Made by a program: the position numbers and the translations under genes. A stretch of DNA of 64,000 nt. It comes from an uncultured Clostridium sp. Its GTDB lineage: Bacteria > Bacillota > Clostridia > TANB77 > CAG-508. The stretch lies in the NCBI GenBank assembly GCA_947244325.1, contig CAMXJY010000003.1, forward strand, positions 267 to 64,266. The letters run 5' to 3'. This document shows, one piece after another, positions 61,996 through 64,000 of this stretch. Under the pieces are notes generated by a model. It made no database searches. It was given only the letters and a program-made list of their open reading frames with translations, and was not told the origin of the DNA. The first letter of the stretch is position 1; every line of letters starts with the position of its first letter.

Positions 61996-63132
61996 ATGAG
62001 CATAAATTCTGCCTTAAAAAAAGAAGGTATTAAAGTAATAGGTCAATTAAATACATTAGAAATAAATAAAATAGCTTCAAACATTTCTGAATCTATATCT
62101 AAAGCTTTTCCAGAGCATAACATAAACCAAAGCGATTTATTTATTTCGATTGCTAGACTTAATATGTATATAGCAGAAATGCCAAATGATGCAATGGCTA
62201 AATATTTTTATAAAAATAATTCAATCTATTTTAGTAAAAATATGAATTTAGATGATATAAATTCTTTAGCTGTTCATGAATGTATACATTTTATTCAAGC
62301 TTTAACAAATAAAAATGGAAAATTATTACGTCTTGGACTTTATAATTTGCAAGGTACTAATAATAATGGAATGGCTTTAAATGAAGCAGCTGTTCAACAT
62401 ATGGCTGCTATAGCAACTAATTCAAACTTAGATACAGTAAAATATTATAATATGGAATTATCTACAGAAAGCCCAGACTTTTATCCATTACAAACAGCAT
62501 TATTAAATCAAATGATGTATTTTACAGGTACATATTCTTTATATCACAGTACTTTATATAGTAATGATGTATTTAAAAATACTTTTATTGCTAAATCTAG
62601 TAGCAAAACTTATGCCAAAATAGAAAAAAACTTTGATTTAATTTTTGAATACGAAGCAAAACTTGCAGAAGAAACTTATAGATTATCAATTTCATCTGAA
62701 GAAATAAAAAATTTACCTAAAATAAAGAAAATAAATTCAAGAATAGATGATTTAAAAGCTATAATTTTTGAAAAAACATTAGAAACACAAAATTTAATAG
62801 TTATAAATTGTTTTAATCATGAATTAAGCTCAATTAAAACATTAGAAGATGTTAAAAATTTTCAATACAGTTTGTATAATTTTAAACATGTTTTAATATC
62901 AACAAACAATTATAATTTCTTTAATGATTTTTATATAGATATGATGAATAAATTAGAAGAAAGAAAAGAATTCATATTAAAATATGGAAACATATTAACA
63001 CTCGATTCACTAACAAACGAACTTTCAACCATAGAATCAAACACATACGGATTCCAATTCTTCAAAAATTTATTTAGTAAACTAAAATTATTATTTGAAG
63101 AAGCAGTAAGAGAAAAAGAAGTAGATAAATAA
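61996..63132 (+). CDS. Hypothetical HExxH protein, a possible zinc metallopeptidase-like protein
   Basis: It is 378 aa with the motif LAVHECIHFIQ. I recognise no other family features. Confidence 0.35.
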   Translation: MSINSALKKEGIKVIGQLNTLEINKIASNISESISKAFPEHNINQSDLFISIARLNMYIAEMPNDAMAKYFYKNNSIYFSKNMNLDDINSLAVHECIHFIQALTNKNGKLLRLGLYNLQGTNNNGMALNEAAVQHMAAIATNSNLDTVKYYNMELSTESPDFYPLQTALLNQMMYFTGTYSLYHSTLYSNDVFKNTFIAKSSSKTYAKIEKNFDLIFEYEAKLAEETYRLSISSEEIKNLPKIKKINSRIDDLKAIIFEKTLETQNLIVINCFNHELSSIKTLEDVKNFQYSLYNFKHVLISTNNYNFFNDFYIDMMNKLEERKEFILKYGNILTLDSLTNELSTIESNTYGFQFFKNLFSKLKLLFEEAVREKEVDK

Positions 63133-63290
63133 ATTTATAAAATACTTTTATGCAAATAAAAAAGCAATTAATATATATTAGAATGAAGTTCTGCGCAGCC
63201 TTGGGAGACTTGCAAAGCAATGTCGACCAGCAAAGAACAAATGATAATATATATAATTGCTTTTATTTGTATATTATTTTTTATAAAATT

Positions 63291-63857
63291 TTAAAACTCT
63301 AAATTTTCTCTTATTGCTTCTTCTTTAACTAATTCCAAATCTTTCCAAAAATCAATTTTTTTACTCTCATCTCTAAGAAGTGCTGCAGGGTGAAAAGTTG
63401 GCATATACTTTATTCCCTTTTTCTCAATCCATTTTCCTCGTGATGCTGTAATTCCATACTCATCGCCAAGAATATTTTTTAAAGCGGTATTTCCAAGTAA
63501 TACGACTATTTTAGGTTGCAAGACTAAAACTTGATTTCTTAAATAATCTAAACAAGCCATAGCCTCTTCTTTTAGAGGTGTTCTATTATTTGGTGGTCTA
63601 CATTTTACTATATTTGCAATATATATATTTTCTCTTGAAATCCCAAGTCCAATAAAAGCTTGGTTCATTAATTTTCCAGCTTTTCCTACAAATGGCACAC
63701 CTTCTCTATCCTCGTCTGCACCTGGCCCTTCTCCTATAAACATAATTTTTGCATTTTCACTTCCATCTGCAAACACTGTATTAGTTCTTCCTTTGCATAA
63801 ATTACACTTATTACATTTTTTTACTATTTCTTTTAGTTCATTCAAATCTTCGTACAT
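63291..63857 (-). CDS. udg: Uracil-DNA glycosylase, family 4 (4Fe-4S type)
   Basis: CNKCNLC... GEGPGADEDREGVPFVGKAG... HPA(A)LLR motifs are present. Length is 188 aa. Confidence 0.85.
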   Translation of the reverse strand: MYEDLNELKEIVKKCNKCNLCKGRTNTVFADGSENAKIMFIGEGPGADEDREGVPFVGKAGKLMNQAFIGLGISRENIYIANIVKCRPPNNRTPLKEEAMACLDYLRNQVLVLQPKIVVLLGNTALKNILGDEYGITASRGKWIEKKGIKYMPTFHPAALLRDESKKIDFWKDLELVKEEAIRENLEF

Positions 63858-63869
63858 AATTACCCCTTA

Positions 63870-63980
63870 AATAAGTTTAGACATGGGGACGGAGGTTTTG
63901 TCTAAACTAAAAATAATCTATTTATATCTTATTATATAATAGGTTTAGACAAAACCTCCGTCCCCATGTCTAAACTTATT
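63870..63980. repeat. A perfect 38-bp inverted repeat pair separated by a 35-nt AT-rich spacer. Each arm is itself a hairpin (GTTTAGACA-N15-TGTCTAAAC)
   Basis: The left arm is AATAAGTTTAGACATGGGGACGGAGGTTTTGTCTAAAC at 63870-63907. The exact reverse complement lies at 63943-63980. The GC-rich core GGGGACGGAGG stands out in AT-rich DNA. Confidence 0.8.
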
Positions 63981-64000
63981 ATTGCTGTTGCTAGCTTAAA

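Noticed and set aside
63870-63980. Possible CRISPR repeat
   Set aside because: There are only two copies, in inverted rather than direct orientation. That is not CRISPR architecture.
1-64000. tRNA, rRNA, transposase and integrase genes
   Set aside because: I scanned for T-psi-C-like GGTTCGAATCC motifs, rRNA-like conserved blocks and DDE or tyrosine-recombinase ORFs. None was found. The acquired-looking segments have no recognisable mobility gene in this window.

Overview
This is a low-GC (~27% by eye) Firmicutes chromosome segment that looks like Clostridium. Most genes are on the minus strand and most of the window is conserved core.

Core genes, in order:
- the 5' part of mfd, which runs off the window start
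- a trimeric NuoE/NuoF-type [FeFe] hydrogenase (hydC-hydB-hydA)
- an M23 peptidase, an M18 aminopeptidase, two tandem pyrimidine-nucleoside phosphorylase paralogs and rnhB
- htrA, clpE, aspS, the rplU-rpmA operon, the dnaG-rpoD operon, carD, dut and the rpsF-ssb-rpsR operon
- an M23/M50 pair resembling spoIVFA/spoIVFB, ymxH, and the division/sporulation cluster murA-divIB-DUF881-DUF881-sbp-ftsA-ftsZ-spoIIGA-sigE-sigG
- a topoisomerase III gene and a family-4 uracil-DNA glycosylase

Non-core content that stands out:
1. A ~1.2 kb island at 1261-2427 with visibly higher GC and two genes of unknown function. It has its own promoter and terminator, and its second gene is frameshifted at an A7 run.
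2. A 667-aa divergent DnaB-family protein inserted between sigE and sigG. It carries a ~125-residue N-terminal polyacidic EYED tandem-repeat array.
3. A surface-anchored single-cohesin protein next to a papain-like C1 cysteine peptidase that ends in a type-I dockerin. This suggests a cohesin-dockerin display system for a protease.
4. A hicA-hicB toxin-antitoxin pair and an extremely AT-rich membrane-protein gene between clpE and a comEC gene. The comEC gene is broken by a 1-nt frameshift in its metallo-beta-lactamase motif.
5. A family of imperfect palindromic intergenic elements sharing a GGACGAT...ATCGTCC core, seen downstream of both htrA and clpE.
6. A perfect 38-bp inverted repeat pair at the window end, upstream of udg.
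7. Two 16-bp direct repeats, each carrying a perfect Spo0A-box heptamer, upstream of dnaG.

Three apparent frameshifts lie at or near homopolymer runs. This could mean homopolymer sequencing errors rather than true pseudogenes.

I found no tRNA, rRNA, CRISPR array or transposase.
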